NCBI GenBank assembly: GCA_963806225.1
Contig: CAWDXG010000004.1
Coordinates: forward strand, 2,464,001 to 2,528,000
DNA from: an uncultured delta proteobacterium
GTDB taxonomy: Bacteria > Myxococcota_A > Polyangia > Polyangiales > Polyangiaceae
Direction of reading: 5' to 3'
DNA: 64,000 bases
Positions 51,501 to 61,505 of this stretch are shown here, piece after piece. A program made the translations under genes and the position numbers. Below the pieces are notes generated by a model, which was not told where the DNA came from, made no database searches, and was given only the letters and a program-made list of their open reading frames with translations. Every line of letters starts with the position of its first letter. The stretch's first letter is position 1.

Positions 51501-51637
51501 TGAGCGGCATGGAGACCGACGTATCGGTCAAACCCGACATCCTGACCAAGGCGTCCAGCGTCGAGGCCAAGGGCTCCGACGCCGTCCAGCTCCTCGAGCG
51601 CGGAGCGGGAGCCGGCGAGGTGCCTGCCTACCCCTGA
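48533..51637 (+). CDS. Large lipoprotein with putative c-type heme motifs, TolB-like propeller and hydrazine synthase alpha middle-domain-like C-terminus
   Basis: Lipobox LGGC; CX8CH, CX4CH, CX4CH and CXXCH motifs; PAVSWDGKLIAF and DPAFAPDGSLVFASTR; C-terminal LLGSVPLLADGSTRVQIPGGMP...PGE...FCGGCH. Confidence 0.75.
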   Translation: MKVELIWSKRALVWLIPALLTLGGCSRRDYGPSSTYYDRHVAPTLQGACVRSPTGSSCHVTADTHGNALGNLDTSGYNMVAKRRDLLQNYGPYGMPELLVKVVPPFQMQLTAWDGTVTDVTTDIPHAGGSLLDFGSASFVTISRWLARGAQANNVPPRQPKLTLSPCSDRLGHDTLFDPSVAPSTADYSTFVDKVNDILSTKCAAGNCHGSAENSFYLTCGTSNEEKRWNYFAASDYVAADAPTSELLRRALDPAYGGTFHEGGSFFSSPQAPDYQAIFAWAKKKGGPSHIPTDAGFDFFAKRVQPLFAKKGCMLLGCHSPAAFNSFRLRAGSAGHFGLPATRNNYHAALAQVALESPDPNKSRILQKNLPLYPAGAGIRHRGGSLFAAGGDPSACDLDAARSGPLDQQDPYCVLVAWIEKERAARTAALAPLSAIVYVKRPPAPLPDRPQDYATYAPGADLRIADASLDASGALVMGGGDRSLLAGCGLDPATADVRRPAVSWDGKLIAFAARSAAAGPFHVYTVLPDGSDCKLDPIINAAPTDDNGKPVPDNGELVHNFDPAFAPDGSLVFASTRGNTKNTAAFDYQGPQRTPADPSKLNANLYVKQDGHVRQLTFLLNQEIAPSFEINGQLLFSAEKRTPGFYQLAGRRLNLDGGDYHPLFGQRGSIGYDQVLDLVQLVDRDFAAILSDRGAAHSAGTVVVLNRSLGPDQYSKNPEDYPANPDAMHFVSPSFFQHSMTFPDAAATGHVGKPTRGAYRDLSVLPNGNLLVSYAAGVTNLAKFDGGFDVVELDPVSGQRTPLFGAPATDELWPVAVYGRVDRGVFHSTPKDPAGSAVIYTQDDGQPRVDRAQLTYMDFPMITSLMFQNTRGGRPMQPMTSFQLWEDLPPKGVTSLDQSSPFITSDEYGKLYARRRLLGSVPLLADGSTRVQIPGGMPVSYAVEAKLEGDDKPRVHQQRESIQYYPGEWVTLSFRHEMFNGFCGGCHGSLSGMETDVSVKPDILTKASSVEAKGSDAVQLLERGAGAGEVPAYP

Positions 51638-51680
51638 ACGGACGCGACCCGGCGGCGCCCGCGGGTGTATGCTCCGGAGC

Positions 51681-52319
51681 ATGGCAAAGACAGGCGTCTG
51701 GTCGTTCGCCGCTGCGCTTCTCGTGCTCGCGGCCTGCAGCAGCAGCGGGAGCGGCGGCTCGGGAGGACAGAACTGCGCCGACATCTGCCCGGGCGTGCTT
51801 TCAGCGCACTGCTCGCAAGGGCCCGCCAACGAGTCCGACTGCGAGTCCGGTTGCGCGACGCTGCGCGCGAGCGCATGTGCCAGCCAGTACAATGCGCTCC
51901 TCAGCTGCGGCGGCTCCCAGCCCCACTTCACCTGCGACGCGTCGGGCAACGTCACGGTGGCTGGCTGCGAACAGCAGGGCCAGACCCTGTACGCCTGCCT
52001 CTCCGGCAGCGGAGGTTCCGGCGGCACCGGGGCGGGTGGCTCGGGCGGCAGCGGCGGATCGGGCGCCTTCGATTGCGCGAACGCCTGCCCGAAGGTCGTC
52101 GCGGCACAGTGCTCGAACGGCCCAGGCACCGTGGCCGACTGCGAGACCGGCTGCAGCTCGATGGGAAGCGGTAGCTGCTCTGCCCAGTACAACGCGGTGG
52201 TCGCGTGCGTCACCGCCCAGGGCGCCGGGTACCAGATCAGCTGCGACGCCAACGGTGAGCCGATCGTCGCGGGCTGCGAGACCCAGTACGCCCAGCTCTA
52301 CAGCTGCCTCGGCTTCTGA
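51681..52319 (+). CDS. Cys-rich lipoprotein with a duplicated domain
   Basis: Lipobox LAAC. Two copies of CA..CP.V..A.CS.GP....DCE.GC......C..QYNA...C......CDA.G...VAGCE.Q...LY.CL. Confidence 0.8.
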   Translation: MAKTGVWSFAAALLVLAACSSSGSGGSGGQNCADICPGVLSAHCSQGPANESDCESGCATLRASACASQYNALLSCGGSQPHFTCDASGNVTVAGCEQQGQTLYACLSGSGGSGGTGAGGSGGSGGSGAFDCANACPKVVAAQCSNGPGTVADCETGCSSMGSGSCSAQYNAVVACVTAQGAGYQISCDANGEPIVAGCETQYAQLYSCLGF

Positions 52320-52363
52320 CGCCACAACCGGGCCCGCAGCGCGCGTGCTAGCCTCCGCCGAGC

Positions 52364-52660
52364 GTGCAGCGCCAGCTTCTCCCAACCCTGACGTCAGGGG
52401 AGCGCCAGCGCCGCGCCCTCGGCGGCTATGCGCGGATCGCCATCGCCGCGTCGCTCTGGGGCACCTGGAGCCTGTTCTTCCGCCGGGCCGAGCGTATCCA
52501 GCGCATCGCGCCGGCGCTCGAGGCGTTCATCGTGTTCGCGGTCATCCTGGTCGCGGTCACGCCGGGCGCGTGGCGGGATCGACCGACCCTCCGGCGCCCG
52601 AAGCGGGCCTGGCTCGCCATCGCAGTGCTCGGTGGCGCTGCCAGCGTGATGAGGCGTTGA
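52364..52660 (+). pseudogene. Internally deleted paralog of the EamA/DMT transporter at 61506-62405
   Basis: First ~85 aa are close to the full copy (GGYARIAIAASLWGTWSLFFR.AER.QRIAPALEAFIVFAVIL). The sequence then jumps to a C-terminus VLGGAASVMRR that matches VLGGAAAVMRK of the full gene. Confidence 0.8.
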
Positions 52661-52699
52661 GGCGCCGCCCCCGGCACCGGCAGCTGCAGAGGAGCGCCA

Positions 52700-55600
52700 T
52701 CAGTGCGACCCGCTCTTGCCGGCGACCTGGGTGACGACTTCGGACGAAGTGCTGGACGACTGCTCTGCGACTTCGCCGGCGGCGGCGCTCCAGCTGTCGG
52801 ACAGCTGGTCGAGGTAGCGCAGCAGCGAGGAATTGCCGGTGGGCTTGAGCCAGTCGCTGGCCCGTGCGCGGGACACCTCGAAGGCGAGCCCGTCGTTCAT
52901 GCTGCGGGCAATCCGCGCGCGAGCCACGTGCAGGGCACCGGCGAGCGGCGGGATGTCGCGTTCCTCGGCCAGGCGGAGGGCGCGCTCGACAACCTCGACG
53001 GCCTGCTCGAGCTCGCCCGCTTCTGCCAGACACAGCGCCAGCACACGGTGCACCCGGAGCCAGGGCAGCAGGATGCGCCGTCCCGGCTCGTCGCCACGGC
53101 GTAGCACCTCCTCCGCCTGCTCGCGCGCGCGGCCGAGCTCGCCCGCGGCGAACAGGCACTCGGCCAGCGCCGAGCGGACCCACTGCTGCATCAACGCATC
53201 GCGGTCCAGAAGCTCGCTGCACAGCTTGGAAAGCGGCTCGATGCCGCGTTCGGGGCAACCGCGCGCACGCTGGTACTCGGCGCTCGTGATGGCGATACGC
53301 GCCTCGAAGGAGAAGCCCTCGCGGCTCCAGTGCTCGAGCTGGGCGAGGCTGCGCTTGAGGCCGAGCACGTCGTTGCACAGGGCGTAGGCGGGATGGCCGA
53401 AGAGCAGCGCCTGCACGTCCGTGGACCAGGAACCGAGCTCCAGGTTCCGGGTCTCGATGGCTTCTTCCAGCGCCACGGCCTGGGCTTCCTCGCCGCGGTA
53501 GCGGAACTTGACGACGCGCGTCGTGTCGGCAACGAGCTGGTAGTAGCGGAAGCCCGCGGCGTCGAGCCGCGCGAGGTCGTCCTCCAGTCGCGGCTCGAAC
53601 TGGTTCACGTCGACCAGAGCCCTGAGGCCGCGCGTCGCCGTCTCGGCGAAGCGCCGCTGCGTCTCGGTAGCCGGCGTCAGGTGGTCGTTCTGGATGATGT
53701 CGATGCAGGTGGTCAGGCCTTCCTCGGCGTCGCCGAGGTGACCAAGCAGGATCTGGGGGAAGGCGTGCGCCGCCAGGTATGTGGCGTAGGGTACCCGCTT
53801 CTTGAAGATCCCGAGCGGCTCCGACAGCGACACGAGGGCCTCCAGCTCGGACAGACGATTGCGTGCGTTGGCAACAGCGCAGGCGTAGCCCAGTGTGATG
53901 GCGAAGGTCGTCAAGGCTCCCAGGGGATTGGGCCCCCTGGTTCCCGTGAGAAGCCAGCGGAAAAACGCGATCGTCACACCGACCGACAGCGCCAGGTATT
54001 TGCCGACCAGCGGCCGGATCCGCGCAGCCAGCGCGAGGCCGGCGTGCCGGCTGTAGGCGAGCAAGGCGGGCTCCGCGTAGCAAGCTCCCACCCGATGATC
54101 CACGACCCAGCCCGCGGACAGCAGCATCATCTGGATGTGCATCGTGCGCGTCACCGGCGCGCCCACGCGCTTCAACGCCTCGTACGCCGATTCGAGCGGC
54201 GGCAGGCAGTCGGCCAGAGCCTGCGCCTCGTACAGCTCGGTGCCAACCTCCTCCAGAAGCGGCGCGCTCCGCGCGTCGTCACCGGCCGAGTAGAGGTGCA
54301 CGCCCGCCCGGCGCCTGTGTTCGCCACCGGCGTCGAGGAAGTACTCGCCCACGCGCCGGTGCAGGGCGCGCTTCTGCTCGTCGTCGAGCCCGGCGAGGAG
54401 TGCTTCGCGCCAGGCGTCGTGGCGGAACCGGTAGTGCGCGCCGTCACCGACCAGGGTCCCCTGGCGCGAAAGCTCCTCGAGCGCGGCGAACACCTCCGCC
54501 TCGCCGGCATCGGCGAGCGCCACGCACAGCTCCAGCGACAGCTCGCCGCCTACGATTGCGAGTACCTCGGCGATGCGGCGCGTCGCCGGGTCGAGCTGCC
54601 CGAGGCGGGTCTCGATGGTCTGGGCCAGACCGGAAGGCAGGGCCTCGAGCTCCAGCTCGCTTTCGAGGATCCACTGGCCCTCGTCGTAGCGGAGGACGTC
54701 GGTGTCCACCAGGTGGCGCAGAAGCTCGGTGCAGAACAGCGGGCTGCCTCCCGTTCTCTCGTACAGGAACGCCGCGAGGCGCTTCTCGTGCGGCAGCCTA
54801 CCGAAGGTCGACTCAATCAGACGCTCGATCGTTTCCGTGTCGAACCCACGAAGCGCAAGCTGCTGACTGGCGGCTTCCAGCAGCGCCTCCACCGCCGCCG
54901 GAGCGCGCACGCTTTCTCCTCTGCGCCTCGACACCACGATCAACAGCGCCGCCTCGTTGCTCGAGCGAGCCAGCGCGGCGAGCGCAGTGGCCGATGCCTC
55001 GTCGGCACGCTGCATGTCGTCGACGAGGAGTGCGACGGGCACGCTGCGCGACAGCTCGAGGATCACGTCGAGGATCGCCGACAGCACGCGCATGCGCTCC
55101 TCGGCGGGGTCGACCGCCGGGCGGGCTCTTGCCGACCTGCCGGCAAGCGGCAGGACACGGAACAGTTCGTCCGCCCGGGCTTCCATCAGCGGACGGACGA
55201 GTTGTGGCCGGATGGCGATCAGAGCAGACAGGAGGTCGGCCAACACGCCGAACGCGCGGGGCGTGGCCAGCTCCGCCGATGTCGTCGCCACCACGAAGCC
55301 CCCCAGCTGGGCCTCGAGCGCGATTTCCCGCAGGAGCCGTGATTTGCCGGCTCCTGTCTCGGCCTCGATGAAGAGCGTCGCGCCGTGGCCCTGGGCCGCG
55401 GCGCGCGCGAAACGCCGCGCTTGCTCCACTTCCTGCTCTCGCCCGACCAGCGCCGCGGTGTGCAGGTAGCCCCGGGCCTCGTAGCGCGAGATGGTGTCGG
55501 ACAGGGGCGCGATCGCCCCGAGTCGCTCGATGACTTCGGCTGCGCTGGACGGTCGCGCCAGAGGGTCGAGCCGCAGGCACTCGCCGATCAGCTCCTCGAG

Positions 55601-56302
55601 CGCTTCGGGTATGTCGGGACGGGCGGCGGACAGCCGGGGCGGCGCCGTGCGCATCGCGTCGAGCTGCTCCTGGAACGTCCCGCAGGGATACGGAAGCTGG
55701 TGGGTAAGCGCAAAATAGGCCAGCACGCCGAAGCCGAATAGATCCGAGCGGCCATCCAGCGGCAGGCCGTGCAGCGCCTCGGGTGGAACGTAGCCGGGCG
55801 TGCCCGCCAGATCGCCGGCGTAGCCCGCGTCGACGACCACGCCGAAGTCGAACAGCTTGGCGCGACCGTCGCTGGTGCAGCGCACGTTGCGCGGCGCCAC
55901 GTCGCGGTGCACCAGGCCGCGGTTGTGCAGGAACGAGAGCGCCGAGGCCACGTCGGCGAGGATCCGGACGGCGCTCTCGATCGACAGCCCGCGCACGTGA
56001 CGCAGGTCCTCGCCGTCGATAAGCTCCATGGTGTAGAAGGCGCCCTCCGGATCGACGTCGAAGCTGAACACCTCGACAATGCGCGGGTGGCGATGCGACG
56101 TGAGAGTGGCGAACTCGCGCCGGAAACGGAGCTCGCCGCGCGCGTGGCTGTCCGCGGTCTTCTGGCGCTCGAGAAGCTTGAGCGCCACGGTGCGCTTTCC
56201 GCTCGTGTCGTAGGCGCGGTAGACGGAACCCATGCCCCCGCGGCCCAGACGCTGCTCCAGCCGGTAGCGACCGCCGATCAGCTGTTTTCGCCACCTGGCC
56301 AC
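52700..56302 (-). CDS. Ser/Thr protein kinase - AAA ATPase - TPR-like protein
   Basis: LGRGGMGSVY, VALK, HRDVAPRN, DFG, YVPPE; then VGREQE, ETGAGKS, LVDDMQ, GGSPLF; helical C-terminus. Confidence 0.9.
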   Translation of the reverse strand: MARWRKQLIGGRYRLEQRLGRGGMGSVYRAYDTSGKRTVALKLLERQKTADSHARGELRFRREFATLTSHRHPRIVEVFSFDVDPEGAFYTMELIDGEDLRHVRGLSIESAVRILADVASALSFLHNRGLVHRDVAPRNVRCTSDGRAKLFDFGVVVDAGYAGDLAGTPGYVPPEALHGLPLDGRSDLFGFGVLAYFALTHQLPYPCGTFQEQLDAMRTAPPRLSAARPDIPEALEELIGECLRLDPLARPSSAAEVIERLGAIAPLSDTISRYEARGYLHTAALVGREQEVEQARRFARAAAQGHGATLFIEAETGAGKSRLLREIALEAQLGGFVVATTSAELATPRAFGVLADLLSALIAIRPQLVRPLMEARADELFRVLPLAGRSARARPAVDPAEERMRVLSAILDVILELSRSVPVALLVDDMQRADEASATALAALARSSNEAALLIVVSRRRGESVRAPAAVEALLEAASQQLALRGFDTETIERLIESTFGRLPHEKRLAAFLYERTGGSPLFCTELLRHLVDTDVLRYDEGQWILESELELEALPSGLAQTIETRLGQLDPATRRIAEVLAIVGGELSLELCVALADAGEAEVFAALEELSRQGTLVGDGAHYRFRHDAWREALLAGLDDEQKRALHRRVGEYFLDAGGEHRRRAGVHLYSAGDDARSAPLLEEVGTELYEAQALADCLPPLESAYEALKRVGAPVTRTMHIQMMLLSAGWVVDHRVGACYAEPALLAYSRHAGLALAARIRPLVGKYLALSVGVTIAFFRWLLTGTRGPNPLGALTTFAITLGYACAVANARNRLSELEALVSLSEPLGIFKKRVPYATYLAAHAFPQILLGHLGDAEEGLTTCIDIIQNDHLTPATETQRRFAETATRGLRALVDVNQFEPRLEDDLARLDAAGFRYYQLVADTTRVVKFRYRGEEAQAVALEEAIETRNLELGSWSTDVQALLFGHPAYALCNDVLGLKRSLAQLEHWSREGFSFEARIAITSAEYQRARGCPERGIEPLSKLCSELLDRDALMQQWVRSALAECLFAAGELGRAREQAEEVLRRGDEPGRRILLPWLRVHRVLALCLAEAGELEQAVEVVERALRLAEERDIPPLAGALHVARARIARSMNDGLAFEVSRARASDWLKPTGNSSLLRYLDQLSDSWSAAAGEVAEQSSSTSSEVVTQVAGKSGSH

Positions 56303-56340
56303 GAGACAAACCCAGGCTGCAGCATAGTGGAGTCGGCATT

Positions 56341-57390
56341 GTGCCGAAAGCCTGCGTCGTTGCCCCGGAGACCGCGCACGTGACAGAGTCTGCTCTGGTG
56401 TTCCCGATACACGCCTGGGCGGACCGTGCGGCGATGGCGCTGTTGCCGCGGATCAAGCTGTACCGCTTGGGCTTCGGCAACCGCCGTCACCTGGATGACT
56501 GGGTCGGCGAGATCGCTCTGTACGACCGCTCCGTCGAGCTGCCGGACCTCTCGGAGCAGCGCCGTGAAAGACCAGGACGAAGCGGCGCGCTGCGGCTCAG
56601 ACGGCTCCGGTTCGAGTCGCCTGCGGCTCGCCGGCTGCCCCGCGAAAGCAGGAACATGGACGCCGAGCTGCTGCTGCCCGCGCGGGGCGAGGCCGCCGCC
56701 GCCTGCCTGATGCTGGCGGCGACCGGCGAGGAGGGGTTCGCACGACGGCGGCGCTTCGCGGCGCCGCTGGTGAGCGAGGGGATCGCGGTCCTGTCGCTCG
56801 AGAACGCCTTCTACGGCTCGCGCCGTCCCCGGGGCCAGCTCGGCCCCGTGCTGCGCACCGTCGAGGAACAGTTTGCGATGAACCTGTCGACGGTGGACGA
56901 GGCTCGCGCGCTGCTCCTCTGGCTCCGGAGCGAAGGGTTCTCCCGCGTCGGCGTCAGCGGCTACAGCCAGGGCGGGGTGATGGCGGCGTTCGCCGGAGCG
57001 CTGTCCAGTTTCCCCGTGGCGTGCGTACCGCGCGGTGCCGGAGATCGCGCGCAGGTGATCTTCATGGAGTCCGCGCTCAGCCGCTCGGTGAACTGGGCGG
57101 CGCTGGCGCGCGATGCGGGGAGCGACCGCGAAGCGCGGGAGTATTTCCAGCGCTGTCTCGAACCGGTGCGGCTGTCGCGGCACGCGCCTCCTCTGGCACC
57201 CGCCAGCGCCATCATCGTCGGGTCGCGCCACGACGGCTTCGTGCCCGCGACGGAATCCGAAGCGCTGCACGCGCACTGGCCCGGCTCGGAGCTGCGCATG
57301 CTCGAGTCGGGACACGTGACCGCAGCTCTGCTGCAAGCCGACGAGCACCGGCGGGCGATCCGCGACGCGTTTGGGCGGCTCACCCGATAG
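56341..57390 (+). CDS. Alpha/beta hydrolase (DUF2048/ABHD18-like)
   Basis: FESP, LAATGE, LENAFYGSRRP, GYSQGG nucleophile elbow, HDGFVP, HWPGSELR...GHV. Start position uncertain. Confidence 0.82.
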   Translation: MPKACVVAPETAHVTESALVFPIHAWADRAAMALLPRIKLYRLGFGNRRHLDDWVGEIALYDRSVELPDLSEQRRERPGRSGALRLRRLRFESPAARRLPRESRNMDAELLLPARGEAAAACLMLAATGEEGFARRRRFAAPLVSEGIAVLSLENAFYGSRRPRGQLGPVLRTVEEQFAMNLSTVDEARALLLWLRSEGFSRVGVSGYSQGGVMAAFAGALSSFPVACVPRGAGDRAQVIFMESALSRSVNWAALARDAGSDREAREYFQRCLEPVRLSRHAPPLAPASAIIVGSRHDGFVPATESEALHAHWPGSELRMLESGHVTAALLQADEHRRAIRDAFGRLTR

Positions 57391-57423
57391 CGGAATTGAA
57401 CGATTCCTTGTTACCCTCCCGGC

Positions 57424-58056
57424 ATGCCCATCGACGATCAGGATCTCGGAATCAGCGAGCGCCGGCTGTGGCGGCTGATCGAGGAACGGACCCGGCCGGA
57501 CGCGGACACCGCCGCCATCGATCGCCGCATCTTCGATCTGTTCGGCGAGCGCTGGGCGATCATGTTCACCGACCTGTCCGGCTTCTCGCGGCGCGTGGAG
57601 GAGTTCGGCATCATGCATTTTCTCCAGATCATCTACGAGCAGCGCAAGCTGCTCCTGCCGATCGTCGAGGCCCACGACGGGCTTCTGCTCAAGAGCGAGG
57701 CGGACAGTTTCCTGCTCTTGTTCCGGCGTCCGGAGCGCGCGCTGGCGTGCGCCATCGCGATGCAGCGCGCGTGCGAACAGATCAATCGTCGCCGCAAGCC
57801 CGAGGAGCAGATCCTGCTCTGCGTGGGCATCGGCCACGGCGACGTGCTGCGCATCGGGGACACCGACGTGTGGGGCCGCGAGGTCAATGCAGCGAGCAAA
57901 CTCGGCGAGGACACGGCCAGGGCCGGGGAGATCCTCGTCTCGTCCGACGCGCGCGACGCGTTGGTCGACTTCCCTGCCGTGGGCTTCAAGGCGCGGGACG
58001 AGGCCGTGGCCGGGACGAAGCAGAGCTTCGAGGTCGACTACACGGGCGCGGCCTGA
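57424..58056 (+). CDS. Stand-alone class III adenylate/guanylate cyclase
   Basis: IMFTDLSGFS, LKSEADS, VGIGHGDV, DVWGREVNAASKLGE. Confidence 0.88.
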   Translation: MPIDDQDLGISERRLWRLIEERTRPDADTAAIDRRIFDLFGERWAIMFTDLSGFSRRVEEFGIMHFLQIIYEQRKLLLPIVEAHDGLLLKSEADSFLLLFRRPERALACAIAMQRACEQINRRRKPEEQILLCVGIGHGDVLRIGDTDVWGREVNAASKLGEDTARAGEILVSSDARDALVDFPAVGFKARDEAVAGTKQSFEVDYTGAA

Positions 58057-58075
58057 TCGTCGCGCGCAAGCTCTG

Positions 58076-59407
<1,332 letters not shown>

Positions 59408-59496
59408 GCCGTGAGCCTGGCACGGACGCGCAGCGTACGACCAGCCCCCCGCGAAGCGGGCGGTCGCGATGCCTCCGATCGACGACTAGCCCCGCT

Positions 59497-59988
59497 TCAC
59501 TCGAGCGCGGCCAACGCCTGCGCGAGCTCGGCTTCAGTCTGGGCCGGGCCTCCAACCCATCGCACCACCCCGCGACGGTCGACGACGAACGTCACTGGCA
59601 TCGCGGACACACGGAAACGGCCCGCGAGCACGTTGCCGCGGTCCAGGACGACGGGAAACGTCAGGTGGAACTGCTGGACGAGCCGGGCGGCCGTGGCAAC
59701 CCGCTCGTCTTCCGACACACCGATGAAGGCGAAGTCCGGGTACTTCTCGTGGAGACGCTCGACCACGGGCAACGTGTGTTTGCACGGTGCGCAGTAGTCG
59801 GCGAAGAACTTCACGACGACGGCGCGCCCGCGCAGGCGTGCGGTGGAGATGCGCTGGCCGTCGAGGCTCGGCCGGGCAAAATCAGGAATCGATTTCCCGA
59901 GCAGCGCGCTCGGTGCGGTCGGCGGCAGAGAGGGTCGCGATGCGCAGCCGGACGCCAGCAACAGCGTTGCGAGGAGCAGTCGTCGCAC
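59497..59988 (-). CDS. TlpA-like thiol:disulfide oxidoreductase lipoprotein
   Basis: Lipobox ASGC, FFADYCAPC, MPVTFVVDRRG. Confidence 0.88.
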   Translation of the reverse strand: MRRLLLATLLLASGCASRPSLPPTAPSALLGKSIPDFARPSLDGQRISTARLRGRAVVVKFFADYCAPCKHTLPVVERLHEKYPDFAFIGVSEDERVATAARLVQQFHLTFPVVLDRGNVLAGRFRVSAMPVTFVVDRRGVVRWVGGPAQTEAELAQALAALE

Positions 59989-60036
59989 GCGGGCAGTATA
60001 GACGCCCCGCCGGGCGGACCAGAGCTCCAACTGCCG

Positions 60037-61389
60037 CTACCGGACGCTCGCCGTCTGCGCCGCCGGCGACGTGAGCGTCACCTTCGTCTTGCCGGTGAGA
60101 TCGAACGCGACACCGGCGCCGATGAACGCCGCACCACCCCCCAGCGTGATGAGTCCCCACTTCTCGAGGGCGCCGCCGTTGTCCAGATCCTTCTGCGTGT
60201 GGGCGTTGTCGTGAACGACCAGGCCGGTGGTCGCCGTGCTGAGGCCACCCAGTACCGCGAGCGAACCGATAGTGTAGCCGATGGCGGCCAGCGTAGAGAG
60301 CGTGCGGTTGCCGGGGCGCACATCGAGCTTCACGTCGCCCTTTCTGTCGTACAGCTGGAACGACCGCGAGTCGGGGATGTCAGGACCGGCTACGTACAGC
60401 GACTGGCCCACACGCGCGTCGACGTAGCTGTCGCACGGCGGGCGGCACAGGATCGTGCTCATACCCGTGCTGCGGAAGCCCGTACCCTGCGAAACCAGCT
60501 TCTGCACCCCGATGCCCCGGAGCTCCACGCTCGGGTCCGGGCTGTCCATGTGCACGCGCACGATGCCGTCGCCGGGCTGGATCAGCGGCGGCGTCAGGGT
60601 CGTCACGTCGGCGAGCGCGCGGCTTTCGCCGGGCGCTTTCGTGTCGGCCGTACGCTCGAGGCCGTCCAGCGCGGACAGCGGCGTTACCTCCACGCGCAAA
60701 AGCGCGCCGCAGTCTTCCGGCGGCGCGGTGTCGGACGAGCTGGACGAGGCGCAGGCCGTCGCGTCGCCATCGCGGTTCAGCGTCTCGCGCCCCGCGGCGG
60801 TCTTCGCGCCCGCGCCGACCCCGGCAATCCCGAGCCCGCCGCCCGCCTCGCCCTTCGCCCCCGCGTAGAAGTCGAACGCGCCCGCGGTCAGGCCTGTGAC
60901 CACGTGCGTCGCGCCCTGACACAGGCCTTCGAGCTTCATCTTGCCCGGATTCGCCGCGTCGAAGCGCCCGACAACGTGCATGGCGACGACGAGCCGCCCC
61001 TTCTTCTTCAGCGTGCCCTCGAGCTTCGCCGCTCCGACGGGGAGGTTGGCGTACAGCTCGTCCTCGTCGGTAATGACGACCTGCTCGAGCTTGCGTGTGG
61101 TCGGTGTGTAGCGGTAACCGCTGTCCGCCACGTGGCACTGCGGCAGAAGCTGCATCTCGCAGCCCGAGTAGTGAACGACCACGAGCCCATGCTTCGCGTC
61201 CGCCTCGAGCTCCGCGCGGTCCGACGACGGCCACTCGACCACCAGCGGGTGATCGGAGCTCTTGTGGACCGTGCACTTGGACTGCCCCGGCGGGTTGTAG
61301 ACCGGCGGCTGGGCGAGCTGGCGCGCGCCACCGCCGCATCCGGTCAGCAACAAGAGGGCCACGGCTCCCACCGGCATTCGCAAGGACAT
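60037..61389 (-). CDS. Hypothetical lipoprotein with C-terminal TM helices
   Basis: Lipobox LTGC, PLVVEW...R..LE...LVVV.Y.GC...L..C and LC..PC motifs, two hydrophobic C-terminal segments. Confidence 0.7.
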   Translation of the reverse strand: MSLRMPVGAVALLLLTGCGGGARQLAQPPVYNPPGQSKCTVHKSSDHPLVVEWPSSDRAELEADAKHGLVVVHYSGCEMQLLPQCHVADSGYRYTPTTRKLEQVVITDEDELYANLPVGAAKLEGTLKKKGRLVVAMHVVGRFDAANPGKMKLEGLCQGATHVVTGLTAGAFDFYAGAKGEAGGGLGIAGVGAGAKTAAGRETLNRDGDATACASSSSSDTAPPEDCGALLRVEVTPLSALDGLERTADTKAPGESRALADVTTLTPPLIQPGDGIVRVHMDSPDPSVELRGIGVQKLVSQGTGFRSTGMSTILCRPPCDSYVDARVGQSLYVAGPDIPDSRSFQLYDRKGDVKLDVRPGNRTLSTLAAIGYTIGSLAVLGGLSTATTGLVVHDNAHTQKDLDNGGALEKWGLITLGGGAAFIGAGVAFDLTGKTKVTLTSPAAQTASVR

Positions 61390-61505
61390 CGCGGCCGGAG
61401 TATACGCATCCGGGCGCGGCATGCTTCCCGAACCACACGAAGCTTGTTTCGACCCCTAGACCGCTGGAAACCGTGCCAGGCACCGGTTCTGCTACCTTCG
61501 CCAGC

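Noticed and set aside
48533..51637. Evidence for anammox metabolism
   Set aside because: Only domain-level resemblance to HzsA. No hzsB/hzsC or hydrazine dehydrogenase is nearby, and the host looks myxobacterial.
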